From: Chthonomonas calidirosea
Lineage (GTDB): Bacteria; Armatimonadota; Fimbriimonadia; Fimbriimonadales; Fimbriimonadaceae
Direction: 5' to 3'
Assembly (NCBI GenBank): GCA_945859975.1
Contig: CAMAPH010000003.1
Span: 1 to 64,000 of the forward strand
Length of the DNA: 64,000 bases
Shown here: one piece after another, positions 9,003 to 19,285 of the stretch
Numbering within the stretch: position 1 is the first letter of the stretch
Layout: each line of letters begins with the position of its first letter
Translations under genes and position numbers: made by a program
The notes under the pieces: generated by a model
What the model was told of the DNA's origin: nothing
Database searches by the model: none
What the model saw: only the letters and a program-made list of their open reading frames with translations

Positions 9003-11021
9003 TTGAACCCAACCCGAGAAGAATATCTATTCTTTTCCCTTCCGGAAAAGTTGTTGCTGTACGGGCTCACTCTCTTGAGCCTGGGCATCATGGCTGCCCA
9101 AATCTGGCAGCGCGTGAAGGTTTGGCAACAAGGCAAGCCGATCGCCGAACTTCGAACCGGCTGGCGGTATTGGTTGCCCACCCGAGAGGCTCTCGGCACG
9201 TGGTGGAAGAACCTGGCCACCTACGTTCTCGCCCAAAAGAAAGTCCGGGGCTCTCGGCCCAAGTCTGGTGCGCCGATGCACCTGATGATTTTCTATGGGT
9301 TCCTTGCGCTCACTATCGCGACGACCTTGCTTGGGATCAACACCTACAGCCCGATCAAGTTCCACCAGGGCAACTACTACTTGCTCTACGAAGCGACTTT
9401 TGACACGCTCGGATTGCTCCTTCTTTTCGGCCTTGTATGGGCGATCGGACGCCGCGCTATTGCAATGCGCGAAGGCAAAAAGCTTGCCCTCGAAACGCCC
9501 TATGAGGCGCAAAAGACCGACCAGCGCCGGTATCCGATCAGCGGAAACGGCTCCGACATGGCGGTTCTGTTCTTACTGTTGGCCCTGACGCTCAACGGCT
9601 ACTGGCTCGAAGCCGCCCGAATATCCGCAGATCCAAAACCTTGGGACAACTGGTCTTGGGTCGGCTACGCCATCAGTCAGCTCCAAGGCCCGTTTTCGCC
9701 CATGCAATACAAGGGCGTTTACTGGTTCCACGTTGGCCTTGTGCTCACCTTCTTCGCCATCTTGCCACAGCTCCGAATCCGCCACGTGTTGCTCGCTATC
9801 TTCACCACCGCCGCGACCGACGACAAGCCGATGGGCAAGTTGGTCCCGATCTCGATGGAGGAAGTTGAGCAGACGGAGCAGATCGGTGCGAAGCTACCGA
9901 AGGACCTGAGCCGCTGGCACCTGATGTCGCTGGACGCGTGCATGGAGTGCGGCCGTTGCACCGAAGTCTGTCCCGCGTGGAACGTCGGCAAGGTGCTGAA
10001 CCCGAAGCAGGTCGTTCAAGACCTGCGCCTAGCCGCCACCGGCGGACTCGCTCTTGCGGAGACCATCAGCGAAGAAGCCCTTTGGCAGTGCACCACCTGT
10101 AACGCCTGCGTTGAGGCTTGCCCGGTAAACATCCGCCACGTTGACCTCATTGTCGATGTCCGCCGAAACCTCGTCAGCGAAGGTGCGCTCAGCGGTTCTG
10201 CCGCCGTCATGCTTCGCCAAACTGCCTCCACCGGCAACGCCTGGGGCACAAATGTTTCGGAACGCGAAAAGTGGATGGAGGGACTAGACATTCCGCTTTG
10301 CCGAAACGGCGAAGAGTTTGAGTTCCTGTTTTGGGTTGGCTGCGCAGGTGCCACCGACCCTGGCGCGGTGAAGACGACCAAGGCGGTTGCCGCATTGCTC
10401 AAGAAGGCGGGCGTCAAGTTCGCTTGCCTTGGCAAAGAGGAAGCCTGCACCGGCGATCCGGCGCGACGAGTGGGCGAAGAGTTCCTCTTCCAAGACCAAG
10501 CCAGCAAGAACGTCGGCGTATTCCAGCGGTACGGCGTCAACAAGGTGGTCACCGCCTGCCCGCACTGTTTTAACTCGCTGAAGCACGAATACGGCGACTT
10601 CGGCGGCACGATGGAGGTGTTCCACCACACCCAACTGCTGCAATCGCTGGTCCGGAAGGGCGATCTCCTCGCCGTGCCCGCATCCTCGCGGGTGGTCTAT
10701 CACGACCCTTGCTATCTGGCTCGCGTGAATGACGAAACCGAAGCCCCTCGCGAGATTGCGCCGGGAATGGCCGACCCGCAGCCGTCTGGCAAAAAGACCC
10801 GCTGCTGCGGCGCCGGAGGCGGACGCATGTGGATGGACGAGCCGAACGAGCAACGCCCCGCCAACGCCCGCGCCGATCAGCTCCTGGCCACCGGCGCCGA
10901 AACCGTCGCCCTCGGCTGCCCGTTCTGCCGAATCATGCTGGAACCCGCCGTCAAAGCCAAGGGCGGCGACCACATCCGCCTGCTCGACCTTGCGGAAATG
11001 CTGCAAGAAGCGAACGGCTAA
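9003..11021 (+). CDS. membrane Fe-S oxidoreductase (FadF/HdrD-like; 2x[4Fe-4S] plus CCG domains)
   Basis: N-terminal TM helices; CMECGRCTEVCP and CTTCNACVEACP; CTGD, TACPHC, YHDPCYL, CCGAGGG, CPFC. TTG start. Confidence 0.9.
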   Translation: MNPTREEYLFFSLPEKLLLYGLTLLSLGIMAAQIWQRVKVWQQGKPIAELRTGWRYWLPTREALGTWWKNLATYVLAQKKVRGSRPKSGAPMHLMIFYGFLALTIATTLLGINTYSPIKFHQGNYYLLYEATFDTLGLLLLFGLVWAIGRRAIAMREGKKLALETPYEAQKTDQRRYPISGNGSDMAVLFLLLALTLNGYWLEAARISADPKPWDNWSWVGYAISQLQGPFSPMQYKGVYWFHVGLVLTFFAILPQLRIRHVLLAIFTTAATDDKPMGKLVPISMEEVEQTEQIGAKLPKDLSRWHLMSLDACMECGRCTEVCPAWNVGKVLNPKQVVQDLRLAATGGLALAETISEEALWQCTTCNACVEACPVNIRHVDLIVDVRRNLVSEGALSGSAAVMLRQTASTGNAWGTNVSEREKWMEGLDIPLCRNGEEFEFLFWVGCAGATDPGAVKTTKAVAALLKKAGVKFACLGKEEACTGDPARRVGEEFLFQDQASKNVGVFQRYGVNKVVTACPHCFNSLKHEYGDFGGTMEVFHHTQLLQSLVRKGDLLAVPASSRVVYHDPCYLARVNDETEAPREIAPGMADPQPSGKKTRCCGAGGGRMWMDEPNEQRPANARADQLLATGAETVALGCPFCRIMLEPAVKAKGGDHIRLLDLAEMLQEANG

Positions 11022-11032
11022 ACTAACCCATC

Positions 11033-11395
11033 ATGGTCATTGGCGTCGGGATCGACTTGGTGGAAATTGCGCGCATCAAGCGGGCAATGGAACGAAATCC
11101 GCGCTTCATTTACCGAATCCTAACCGACGCCGAGCGCGCCTATTGCCGCACCGCCTACCAAGTGGCCGGGCGTTGGGCAGCGAAAGAAGCCGTGGCAAAG
11201 GCGGTTGGGCTCAACCTCTCCTGGCAGCAGGTAGAAGTTCTCCCTGACGAGCTCGGCGTCCCAACCGCCCGGGTGCACAGCGCTGAATTCGATCCGGCGC
11301 GACTGCGGCTAAAGATCTCCATCACCCACGAACGCACCCACGCCGCCGCCGTCGCGATCCTTGAGCGGGTAGTTCTGCACAAACCGATCTACTGA
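11033..11395 (+). CDS. acpS: holo-[acyl-carrier-protein] synthase
   Basis: GVGIDLVEIARI, AGRWAAKEAVAKA, ISITH. Confidence 0.95.
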   Translation: MVIGVGIDLVEIARIKRAMERNPRFIYRILTDAERAYCRTAYQVAGRWAAKEAVAKAVGLNLSWQQVEVLPDELGVPTARVHSAEFDPARLRLKISITHERTHAAAVAILERVVLHKPIY

Positions 11396-11398
11396 GCT

Positions 11399-12169
11399 TT
11401 AAGCCCAGCGGCGCTTCAGTTCGTCTCGCATCCAAACGCAGACCTCGAACAGGTCAGCGACTGGCTTGCCGTCGGAGACGTTGGTCCAGAGGTAGTTCGG
11501 TGGGCCGAATTCGGGGTCTACGGTTAGGACCTCGTCGCCGCGCTTCTCGGCGGCTTCCTTCATCCCCGACCAGATCGTCACAAACCGATCAACCGCCCAC
11601 TTCCACTGCACTACGCGCGGATCGGGAACTTGCGGGCCTTCGGTGTGTCCCACTCGGGCGTGAATATGTCTTGTCCGGGAAGCGACAAGCTTCAGGGCCT
11701 CGTCGTAAGACTCGAGCATGTTGCCGCAAACGCAGGTCCAGTGGCTGACGTCGGCGCAAACGTGAAGCGCGGGGAAGGCTTCCAGGAACTTGACCGTGCT
11801 GGTGGGGTCAAACAGCAAGCGTCCGCGGTGGGTCTCGATGTTGACTTCAAGACCGGAGTCGGCAGCTGCTGGCAGGAACTCTTTGAAGAACGTCGAACCT
11901 TGCTCAAAGTCCCAAAACTCCTTCCCGGCATGAACGGTGACCTTCGTCGCCCGAACAGCCGCGCACTTGGGCAAGTCCGCTGCCAGTGTCTTCGCGTCTT
12001 CGCCGAACAGCATCGCGATGGCAGGACCGGTGTAGCCCGCTGCCCGCGCTTCCTGTATCTGACCAAGCGGGGCCTCAACGCCATCAAATCCGGCGGCTAA
12101 AACGAGAGGAATCGCCTCCTTCACCGGCATATCCATGCCCCAAAGCGCCTTGAAGTAGCTCACTTGCAT
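11399..12169 (-). CDS. sugar phosphate isomerase/epimerase family TIM-barrel protein
   Basis: GFDGVE, ETHRGR, ADVSHWTCV, HIHARVG, PEFGPPNY. Start moved to ATG 12169, which lies 7 nt after a TAAACT box. Confidence 0.8.
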   Translation of the reverse strand: MQVSYFKALWGMDMPVKEAIPLVLAAGFDGVEAPLGQIQEARAAGYTGPAIAMLFGEDAKTLAADLPKCAAVRATKVTVHAGKEFWDFEQGSTFFKEFLPAAADSGLEVNIETHRGRLLFDPTSTVKFLEAFPALHVCADVSHWTCVCGNMLESYDEALKLVASRTRHIHARVGHTEGPQVPDPRVVQWKWAVDRFVTIWSGMKEAAEKRGDEVLTVDPEFGPPNYLWTNVSDGKPVADLFEVCVWMRDELKRRWA

Positions 12170-12199
12170 GGCACGAAGTTTAGCCGACACCGACGAAGC

Positions 12200-14410
12200 T
12201 CAGAGCAACTTTACGGTGGTCAATTTTTCGAGCGGCTCGTTGCCACTCTCGCACCGCGAACTGAGCAAACAACTCGGACAGCCGTTCTCGCAAGGGCAGA
12301 GCTGAACAAGCTGGCGCGCCATCGCACGCCAAACGTCAACGCTTTCAAACAACTTCTCCGCCAACCCGACGCCACCCGGAACTTCGTCGTAAACGAACAC
12401 CGCCGGACGGAACGAGTCATGCATCATGCTCGACCAACTTGACCCCAGATCTCCCCGGTCGCAGCCGGCGAGCAAAGGCGCGATTGCGAGTAGGGCATGC
12501 TCGACGCCATGGACCCCTCCGATAAACATCATCGGATCACCGTCCTCTTCCGGCGATGGTAAATCGCGGCGAACGGCAACCGTCTCAAAGGTCTGAGAAG
12601 GCAAATCCAGATCGATCACATCCAAAAATTGATCACCGTCCAACATCTTCCGTCTATAGCCCGTTACGGTGGTGGTCACCTGAACCGCACAAAGACTCCA
12701 GGGTCCGCTTTGCTTAAAGGTTTGTTGCGGCATCACGATGCTGCTCACCACGGCCTGGGTGTAGTACGGCACCGTCGTGGGCTCTAGCCGGGCGATCTTT
12801 GCCTCAAGATCAAGCTCGGCCACCTCAAAGGTAGCTCCTCGGTGCAGATAAATGGCACCCACGTGAGCAGATCGAAGGGCACGCCACTCCTCCATGCTGC
12901 CCAGCTCTTCCCCACCCACCATGAGCAAAATCGTATCTCCGCCCGCTGAACGGATGTTAACATCGAGTGCCGGAGACTCCTCGCGGGGATAGACAAACGC
13001 CCCTTGCCGAAACTCCAACTCACCGCTTCGATCCATGCTTTCGGCAAGGTCCAATGCCTCGCCGCCAAACTGCTGCAACTCACTCATCGTGAGAGGCTTC
13101 TCGTGGGCAGCACACTTTAGGTGCGCGCTCAGGATTTTCGGATTTTCCGGATTCGCAACCGCGCTCTCGGATAGACCCTCAATGATTCGCCCGGGATCGC
13201 GAATTAGGAATTGCTCCAGCGGCTCGTCGTGGGCAATGTAGATGGCCAGCCCATCTCGCGACCCTCGCCCGGCTCTGCCCGCCTGTTGCCAAAAGCTACT
13301 GATCGAACCCGGATAGCCGTTGATCAACACCGCGTCCAGCTGGCCGACGTCCACCCCAAGCTCCATCGCGTTCGTCGCGCTCAGTCCAATCAGCTTGCCG
13401 GAATGAAGTCGCTTCTCGATGTCTCGCCGCTCCTTGGCGGTGTAGCCCGCCCGGTACGTTTCGATTTTGTTGGGCTTCACGCGTTCCGCGGCATAGCGCC
13501 CGACCAGCTCCGCCGAAACGCGGGTTCGGCAAAACGCCAAGGTGCGAACTTCCCGGTTCACTAAGTCGCTGAGAATCTGAGACGTCGCGACGTTCGGGCT
13601 GAGGCGCTTCTCTGGGTTCACGTGGGGTGGGTTGAAGAACACCACCGTCCGCTTTCCGCGCGGGCTGCCGTCATCGTCCACCACATCGGCCGACTGGCCG
13701 GTCAAGTTCCGAAAGTGCTCGCCTGGGTTCGCAATCGTGGCGCTTCCGGCAAGAATCTGCGGTGCACGGCGATACCACTCGGCCAGCCGAATCGCCCTTC
13801 GCAACACATTGCCAACGTGCGAGCCAAACACTCCGCGGTACACGTGCATCTCATCCAGCACGAGGAAACTCAAGGTCCGGAACCACTTGGTCCAATTCTC
13901 ATGCGATGGCAAAATTCCGAGGTGGAGCATATCGGGGTTCGTCAGCAGAATCCGGCCGTTCTGCCGTAACCGGGCCCGGGCCGCTTTCGGCGTGTCACCG
14001 TCATAAACTCCGGCTTCTTCCGGAAAGGCGAGCAGCTCCCTAATCCGGGACAACTGGTCTTGCGCCAAGGCTTTCGTGGGATAGATCAAGATCGTCCGAG
14101 ACGCGGGCTCGGCGTAGTAGCGATGCAAGACTGGCAGGAGAAACCCCAGCGTTTTGCCCGAGTTCGTCCCGGTTGCCAGCACGACGTTCCGGCCGGCCAT
14201 GGCGGCGTCATACGCTTGCGCCTGGTGAGTGTAAAGCTGGGCTTGCTGATCGACTGGAAGTTGAGCGAGGAGGGCCGCCGGCGGACGGGTTTTCGGAACC
14301 GCATACCGCGCCTCGCGCGGTAGCTTTTCGTCAACGTGAACAATCTGACCTCGAAGGTCAGGATCACTCAGAACGAAGCTCAGTAGGTCCCTCGTTATCC
14401 ATATCGGCAA
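12200..14410 (-). CDS. DEAH-box helicase with DUF1998 C-terminus (MrfA/YprA/Hrq1-like)
   Basis: ATGTNSGKT, YPTKALAQDQ, LDEMHVYRGVFGSH, SATIANP, ATNAMELGVDVG, QQAGRAGR, and C-terminal CPCENGCPSC. Start uncertain; overlaps the tatC 3' end. Confidence 0.9.
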   Translation of the reverse strand: MPIWITRDLLSFVLSDPDLRGQIVHVDEKLPREARYAVPKTRPPAALLAQLPVDQQAQLYTHQAQAYDAAMAGRNVVLATGTNSGKTLGFLLPVLHRYYAEPASRTILIYPTKALAQDQLSRIRELLAFPEEAGVYDGDTPKAARARLRQNGRILLTNPDMLHLGILPSHENWTKWFRTLSFLVLDEMHVYRGVFGSHVGNVLRRAIRLAEWYRRAPQILAGSATIANPGEHFRNLTGQSADVVDDDGSPRGKRTVVFFNPPHVNPEKRLSPNVATSQILSDLVNREVRTLAFCRTRVSAELVGRYAAERVKPNKIETYRAGYTAKERRDIEKRLHSGKLIGLSATNAMELGVDVGQLDAVLINGYPGSISSFWQQAGRAGRGSRDGLAIYIAHDEPLEQFLIRDPGRIIEGLSESAVANPENPKILSAHLKCAAHEKPLTMSELQQFGGEALDLAESMDRSGELEFRQGAFVYPREESPALDVNIRSAGGDTILLMVGGEELGSMEEWRALRSAHVGAIYLHRGATFEVAELDLEAKIARLEPTTVPYYTQAVVSSIVMPQQTFKQSGPWSLCAVQVTTTVTGYRRKMLDGDQFLDVIDLDLPSQTFETVAVRRDLPSPEEDGDPMMFIGGVHGVEHALLAIAPLLAGCDRGDLGSSWSSMMHDSFRPAVFVYDEVPGGVGLAEKLFESVDVWRAMARQLVQLCPCENGCPSCLLSSRCESGNEPLEKLTTVKLL

Positions 14411-15299
14411 CCTCTTCTTCGTTCAACCGATCAAGTTCGGCATCGCGCTCGCGACGCTCGCGATTCTCGAGTTCTTCCCGCTCGGCGGCCTCTTCCTCTC
14501 GCTCCTTCCGGCGCTTCTTCTGGGTGAGGTTCACAAAGTAGACGCTAATGAGAAACAGGATGACCATCGGCACGGCCATCATCGCCATGCTGAACGCGTC
14601 GCCGCTAGGCGTGATGACGGCCGATGCAATGAAGATAAACGTCGCCGCTTGCCGCCAATACTTGATGAGGGTCTCTGCCGTGAGCAGTTCAAGCATTCCC
14701 AAGGCATAAACCACCAGCGGAAGCTGGAAGCTGATGCCAAAGGCCAGCATCATCTTCATGACAAAGAAGACCATCTTGCCGGCCTCTTGCTTGATCTCCA
14801 CGTTCTGGAAGTCCGCGCTGAAGCCAATGAAGAAGGAGATGGCGCTGGGCAGGATCACCCAACAGAACGCAGCGCCCATCAAAAACAGGATCAAGCTGAT
14901 CGGGCCCAGCTTCTTGAACGGGGTCTGTTCGCTTGGCTTCAGCGCAGGAGCGATGAAGCCCCAGAGTTCCAACACGAGGAATGGGAAGCTGAGCACGATG
15001 CCCATCTGGAAGCTCAGTTTGACCTTGAGCAAGAAAGCGTCGGAGGCATTGAAGAACGCTTCGCTGTACGAAACTCCCTTCGGCAAAGATGCCCGCACGG
15101 CACCGTTGACCATGTTGTTCAGAAAGGTGTAAACCGTGTCGAACGCGCACCACCCGATAACAGACCCGATAACCACGAGGGTCAAGGCGCGGATGATTCG
15201 GTCTCGGAGCTCTTCTAGGTGCTCAACGAGAGTTAGACGGTATTCGTCAGGATCGCCTAGGTAAGGCTTTGGCGACCGAGTTTTCTTGAGGAATGCCAT
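14364..15299 (-). CDS. tatC: twin-arginine translocase subunit TatC
   Basis: LVEHLEELRDRI, LWGFIAPAL, FQLPLV, ITPSGDAFSM; six TM segments. Confidence 0.93.
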   Translation of the reverse strand: MAFLKKTRSPKPYLGDPDEYRLTLVEHLEELRDRIIRALTLVVIGSVIGWCAFDTVYTFLNNMVNGAVRASLPKGVSYSEAFFNASDAFLLKVKLSFQMGIVLSFPFLVLELWGFIAPALKPSEQTPFKKLGPISLILFLMGAAFCWVILPSAISFFIGFSADFQNVEIKQEAGKMVFFVMKMMLAFGISFQLPLVVYALGMLELLTAETLIKYWRQAATFIFIASAVITPSGDAFSMAMMAVPMVILFLISVYFVNLTQKKRRKEREEEAAEREELENRERRERDAELDRLNEEEVADMDNEGPTELRSE

Positions 15300-15313
15300 A
15301 GAGCCGTTCCTCT

Positions 15314-15341
15314 ATTGTGGCCCGGAATGCCGGGCCACAAT
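15314..15341. terminator. perfect 12-bp hairpin upstream of tatC
   Basis: ATTGTGGCCCGG-AATG-CCGGGCCACAAT; no U-tract. Confidence 0.5.
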
Positions 15342-15356
15342 GTGGGACCCTTCGAT

Positions 15357-16931
15357 TTATTCGAGGGTGAAGATTCGCTGGAGTCGAACTCGCGTGAGGA
15401 CCTTGTCCTGCGCGTTGAGCTGACCGATTCGACCTTGGCCGCCACCGAATCCGCCTGGAGCACCTGGTGCACCTGGGAAACCGCCCTGACCAAATCCGCC
15501 AGGACCGGTCTGACCGCCGCCCCGTCCGCCTCGGCCACCGCCGCCGGGTCGAATCTGGCGAAGAATGTCAGAAAGGCTGCCTGGGTTTACAAATTTGTTG
15601 TCATCGCCCTGACCGCCGCCACCGGGGCCGCCGAAGCCTGGAGGAGGACCACCAGCACCGGGAGCACCAACGCCGGGACCGCCTGCAGCAGGACCAGCCG
15701 ATCCCGATGCGCCGCCCGAGCCGAAGCCGGTTACGCGTCCGATATCCTGCGTCGTATCAATCGTCTGTTCGCGAATGATCTTGACGATCACCTTTCGGTC
15801 AAGGTCAAACCAAATCGTTTCGTTGAGCGATCGTCGCTCGTCTTCCTGAACGCCTGCTCGGGCAAGTCCGCGAGATTCCAGCGATGCGGTTCCGACTTCG
15901 ATGATGTTTCGAATAACGGCGCATCGTCGTCCTCGCTCCCATTCGACGCCGACGAATTCTCCGCGGCCCGGGGTCGTTCGGACAACCGAGGTCACGTCGT
16001 ACAGCTTTTCAAGGTCGATCACGCCGTCCTGGAATCGAGCCTGCCAAGAGTCACCTGGTCGAACTCGCTTCTCGGGAAGCGTTGGAAGCGGCAAAGAAGC
16101 GAAGAGGTCGAGTCGCGAGCCTTCGCCGGTCGTTCCCTCAAAGGCGATGTATGGAGGAATAGAGCCCCAAACCTGCAGGCCGGTTCCGGTCATCTGCATG
16201 TAAATCGGCGCCATCTCGTAGTCCATGTAGCGCTTCACTTCGTTATCCGAAGCGACCTGGAGGTCGGCGTAGTTCTTGCCTTTCTCCGAAAGAGCCTGCA
16301 TTCGAACGATGTACTGCAGTCCGTTTGGCGTGCTGACAACGTTGTCGAAAGCGTAAAGCATGCGAAGCGAGCGGCCTTCGATTGGAAGTTCTGCTGGCTT
16401 TCCACCGAGCTTTGCCTGGCTCTCCGTGATCTGGCTGATCGCAGCTCGCTCTTGAACCTTGTAAGAAATTTCAGTTCCGGGCTTGAATCCGTACCGAAGC
16501 AAAAGACCGTTGTTCGGAACGGTGATGCCGGCGGACTTGTCAACCGTGATTCGGACCGAAGACTGGTCTACGATTCGCGGCTCGTCGTTCACTTCGGTGA
16601 AGAGAACGGCTTTGAGTTCGATCGGCTCGCCCTTGGTGTCGGCAATGCCTCGGCCCTTAACGTCAAGAACGTATTGGTAGTAAGGTCGGCCAGCGGGCTT
16701 GCCTTTGGCGTTCTTTGGAACCACGTACGTTGGCTTGGTCGCCTCAATGAGCTTGCCGTTCAAGAAGATGCCAACGTAGCTGTTGGGCGGCATGCTGTTG
16801 TTAGGGAACCGGACGTTCAGCTTCTCTCTGACCTTGGTGCCATCTGGTGGGTAAACAATCGTAAAGGGTGCCTGAGCAAATGCTGCTCCGCCCACGATCA
16901 TCAACGCTAAAGTACCGATACATCGATTCAT
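15357..16931 (-). CDS. secreted hypothetical protein with a Gly/Pro-rich low-complexity insert
   Basis: Signal peptide MNRCIGTLALMIVGGAAFAQ; GGPG-rich segment near the C-terminus. Alternative start 16967. Confidence 0.75.
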   Translation of the reverse strand: MNRCIGTLALMIVGGAAFAQAPFTIVYPPDGTKVREKLNVRFPNNSMPPNSYVGIFLNGKLIEATKPTYVVPKNAKGKPAGRPYYQYVLDVKGRGIADTKGEPIELKAVLFTEVNDEPRIVDQSSVRITVDKSAGITVPNNGLLLRYGFKPGTEISYKVQERAAISQITESQAKLGGKPAELPIEGRSLRMLYAFDNVVSTPNGLQYIVRMQALSEKGKNYADLQVASDNEVKRYMDYEMAPIYMQMTGTGLQVWGSIPPYIAFEGTTGEGSRLDLFASLPLPTLPEKRVRPGDSWQARFQDGVIDLEKLYDVTSVVRTTPGRGEFVGVEWERGRRCAVIRNIIEVGTASLESRGLARAGVQEDERRSLNETIWFDLDRKVIVKIIREQTIDTTQDIGRVTGFGSGGASGSAGPAAGGPGVGAPGAGGPPPGFGGPGGGGQGDDNKFVNPGSLSDILRQIRPGGGGRGGRGGGQTGPGGFGQGGFPGAPGAPGGFGGGQGRIGQLNAQDKVLTRVRLQRIFTLE

Positions 16932-17058
16932 GAATTGCCGTAACCTCAATTTGGACAAACCGGCCATCGCCGATCAGCCGCAAGCTGTACTTATAAGGAC
17001 GTCATTTTCCTCTCGAAATGTCACAAACCCCTCGGGGATGTGAGCAAAACGTATACTA

Positions 17059-19284
17059 ATGTCTATGCAAGCGGCGATTGATCTCGATTCTTTAAATCCA
17101 GAACAACGAGCGGCAGTTTTGCATACAACCGGCCCCCTGCTCATTTTTGCCGGAGCTGGCTCGGGCAAGACGAGGGTCATCACCCATCGAATCGCTCGCC
17201 TGGTTCAAGACGGCGTTCGACCATCGCGAATCCTCGCCGTCACCTTCACCAATAAAGCGGCGAGAGAACTGAAAGAGCGGGTCATTCACCTTGGCGTGGA
17301 CTCGACCAAGTCGATGTGGGTGGGCACGTTCCACTCCCTCTGCGCTCGCATGCTTCGAATCGACGGAAGCGCAATTGGCATCGACCCGAACTTTGTCATA
17401 TACGACGATGGCGATCAAATGGCGCTGATCCGCGACATCCTGAAGCAGAAGAACATCGACGACAAAGCGATCCAACCCCGAGCCGTCCTCGCCGAAATCT
17501 CCCGCGCCAAGGAAAAGCTTCAGACCCCCGAGAAGTACAAGGAGCGCACTGCCGGCTACTTCGAAGGCGTCGTCGCCGATATCTATCCTGCTTACAACAA
17601 ACTCCTGACCAAGTCAAACGCGCTCGACTTTGACGACATCATCTTTTACGCCAACCGGCTCCTCGAGCAGCGAGACGATGTTCGCGAAAAGTACCAAGAA
17701 CGGTTCCTCCACGTGATGGTCGACGAGTATCAGGACGTCAACTTTTCCCAATATAACCTCGTCCACCTTCTCGGCGCGAAGCACCGCAACGTGATGGTCG
17801 TGGGCGACGACGACCAGAGCATCTATGCTTGGCGTGGCGCCGACGTGAGTCTCATCCTGAAGTTCGGCTCTGACTATCCCGACGCCACCATCGTCAAGCT
17901 CGAACGAAATTACCGCTCCACTAAAACGATCCTTGCCGCCGCCAACGCAGTCATCCAGAAAAACCAGAGCCGAGCGCGAAAGGAGCTTTGGACCGAGAAC
18001 GACCAGGGTGCCCAAATCAAGCTGTCGCAAGCCGGAACCGAACAAGACGAGGGCATGATCGTTGCGGACCGCATTCAGCAAGCCGTTCGCACCGGCCGCC
18101 GACCGTACAAGGACTTTGCCGTCCTTTACCGAACCAACGCGCAAAGCCGAACGATGGAAGAAGCCTTCCTGACAAGCCGGATTCCGCATATCCTCGTCGG
18201 CGGTCAGCGATTCTATGATCGAAAGGAAATCAAGGACATGCTGGCGTACCTTCGCCTCGTGTTCAACCCGCGCGACGACGTGAGCTTTAAGAGGATCGTC
18301 AACGTTCCGACGCGCGGAGTCGGAGCCGGAGCCCTCACCAAGCTCGAAGAGCGCGCCGCCGTTATGGGCGGAAGCCTCTACGATGCGGTTCAAGATCAGG
18401 AACTGCAAGCCAACCTGCCCAATAAAACCGCCTCCAGCCTTCGCGGTTTCATCGGCGTCATCCAAGAGGCCCAAGATCAAGCCAGCGGAACAATCACCGC
18501 CCTCATGCTGAACTTGATCAACGGCAGTGGGTACCTCGACATGTTGCGAGAAGACCGAAGCCAAGATTCCGTAAGCCGTCAAGAAAACCTCCAAGAATTC
18601 TTGAACGTCGCGAGCGAATTTGACGCGACCGCCGACGAGCCAACCCTCGGGGCATTCCTTGAAAGCGTTTCCCTCGTCGCTGACGTGGACGCGCTGAAGA
18701 TCGAAGGTGGAGACGCCGTCACCCTCATGACTTTGCACTCGGCAAAGGGGCTCGAATTCCCAGTTGTCTTCATCACCGGCATGGAAGAAGGCGTGTTTCC
18801 GCACTCCCGGTCGCTAGGCTCCGACTCCGAACTTGAAGAAGAACGACGCTTGGCCTACGTTGGAATGACCCGCGCGAAGGAGGAGTTGAACCTTCTCCAT
18901 GCTCATCGGCGATCCGTTTTCGGCACGCCGAACTTCAACCGCCGATCCCGGTTCCTCGACGAAATCCCAACAGAACTGCTGGACGCGGTCGGTGAATACA
19001 ACTTCGGCCATGGCGGAAGGACTGGCAACGTCCTCACCGAACGCGGCGGATCATATCGAAGCGCCGGAGCGACCGTGACCCCAACTCCACCGGTTGAAAG
19101 CACCGCTCCAACTTGGCTTGCGCCGTTCCAAACCGGTCAACGCGTGCAGCATCCAAAGTTCGGCATGGGCGTCGTTGTTGCCTGCAATCCCGTCCGAGAT
19201 GATGTGGAAGTCACCGTGGCATTTCCCGGAGTGGTCGGCGTTAAGAAGCTTGTCCAGAAGCTTGCAAAGTTGGAGGCGGTTTAA
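17059..19284 (+). CDS. pcrA: ATP-dependent DNA helicase UvrD/PcrA
   Basis: AGAGSGKT, TFTNKAA, VDEYQD, VGDDDQSIYAWRGA, LERNYRST, TLHSAKGLEFP, EERRLAYVGMTRA; C-terminal Tudor-like domain. Start may be ATG 17065. Confidence 0.96.
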   Translation: MSMQAAIDLDSLNPEQRAAVLHTTGPLLIFAGAGSGKTRVITHRIARLVQDGVRPSRILAVTFTNKAARELKERVIHLGVDSTKSMWVGTFHSLCARMLRIDGSAIGIDPNFVIYDDGDQMALIRDILKQKNIDDKAIQPRAVLAEISRAKEKLQTPEKYKERTAGYFEGVVADIYPAYNKLLTKSNALDFDDIIFYANRLLEQRDDVREKYQERFLHVMVDEYQDVNFSQYNLVHLLGAKHRNVMVVGDDDQSIYAWRGADVSLILKFGSDYPDATIVKLERNYRSTKTILAAANAVIQKNQSRARKELWTENDQGAQIKLSQAGTEQDEGMIVADRIQQAVRTGRRPYKDFAVLYRTNAQSRTMEEAFLTSRIPHILVGGQRFYDRKEIKDMLAYLRLVFNPRDDVSFKRIVNVPTRGVGAGALTKLEERAAVMGGSLYDAVQDQELQANLPNKTASSLRGFIGVIQEAQDQASGTITALMLNLINGSGYLDMLREDRSQDSVSRQENLQEFLNVASEFDATADEPTLGAFLESVSLVADVDALKIEGGDAVTLMTLHSAKGLEFPVVFITGMEEGVFPHSRSLGSDSELEEERRLAYVGMTRAKEELNLLHAHRRSVFGTPNFNRRSRFLDEIPTELLDAVGEYNFGHGGRTGNVLTERGGSYRSAGATVTPTPPVESTAPTWLAPFQTGQRVQHPKFGMGVVVACNPVRDDVEVTVAFPGVVGVKKLVQKLAKLEAV

Positions 19285-19285
19285 C

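Noticed and set aside
15315..16910. 531-aa plus-strand ORF
   Set aside because: Antisense shadow of the secreted Gly-rich gene; no motifs; expected in GC-rich DNA.
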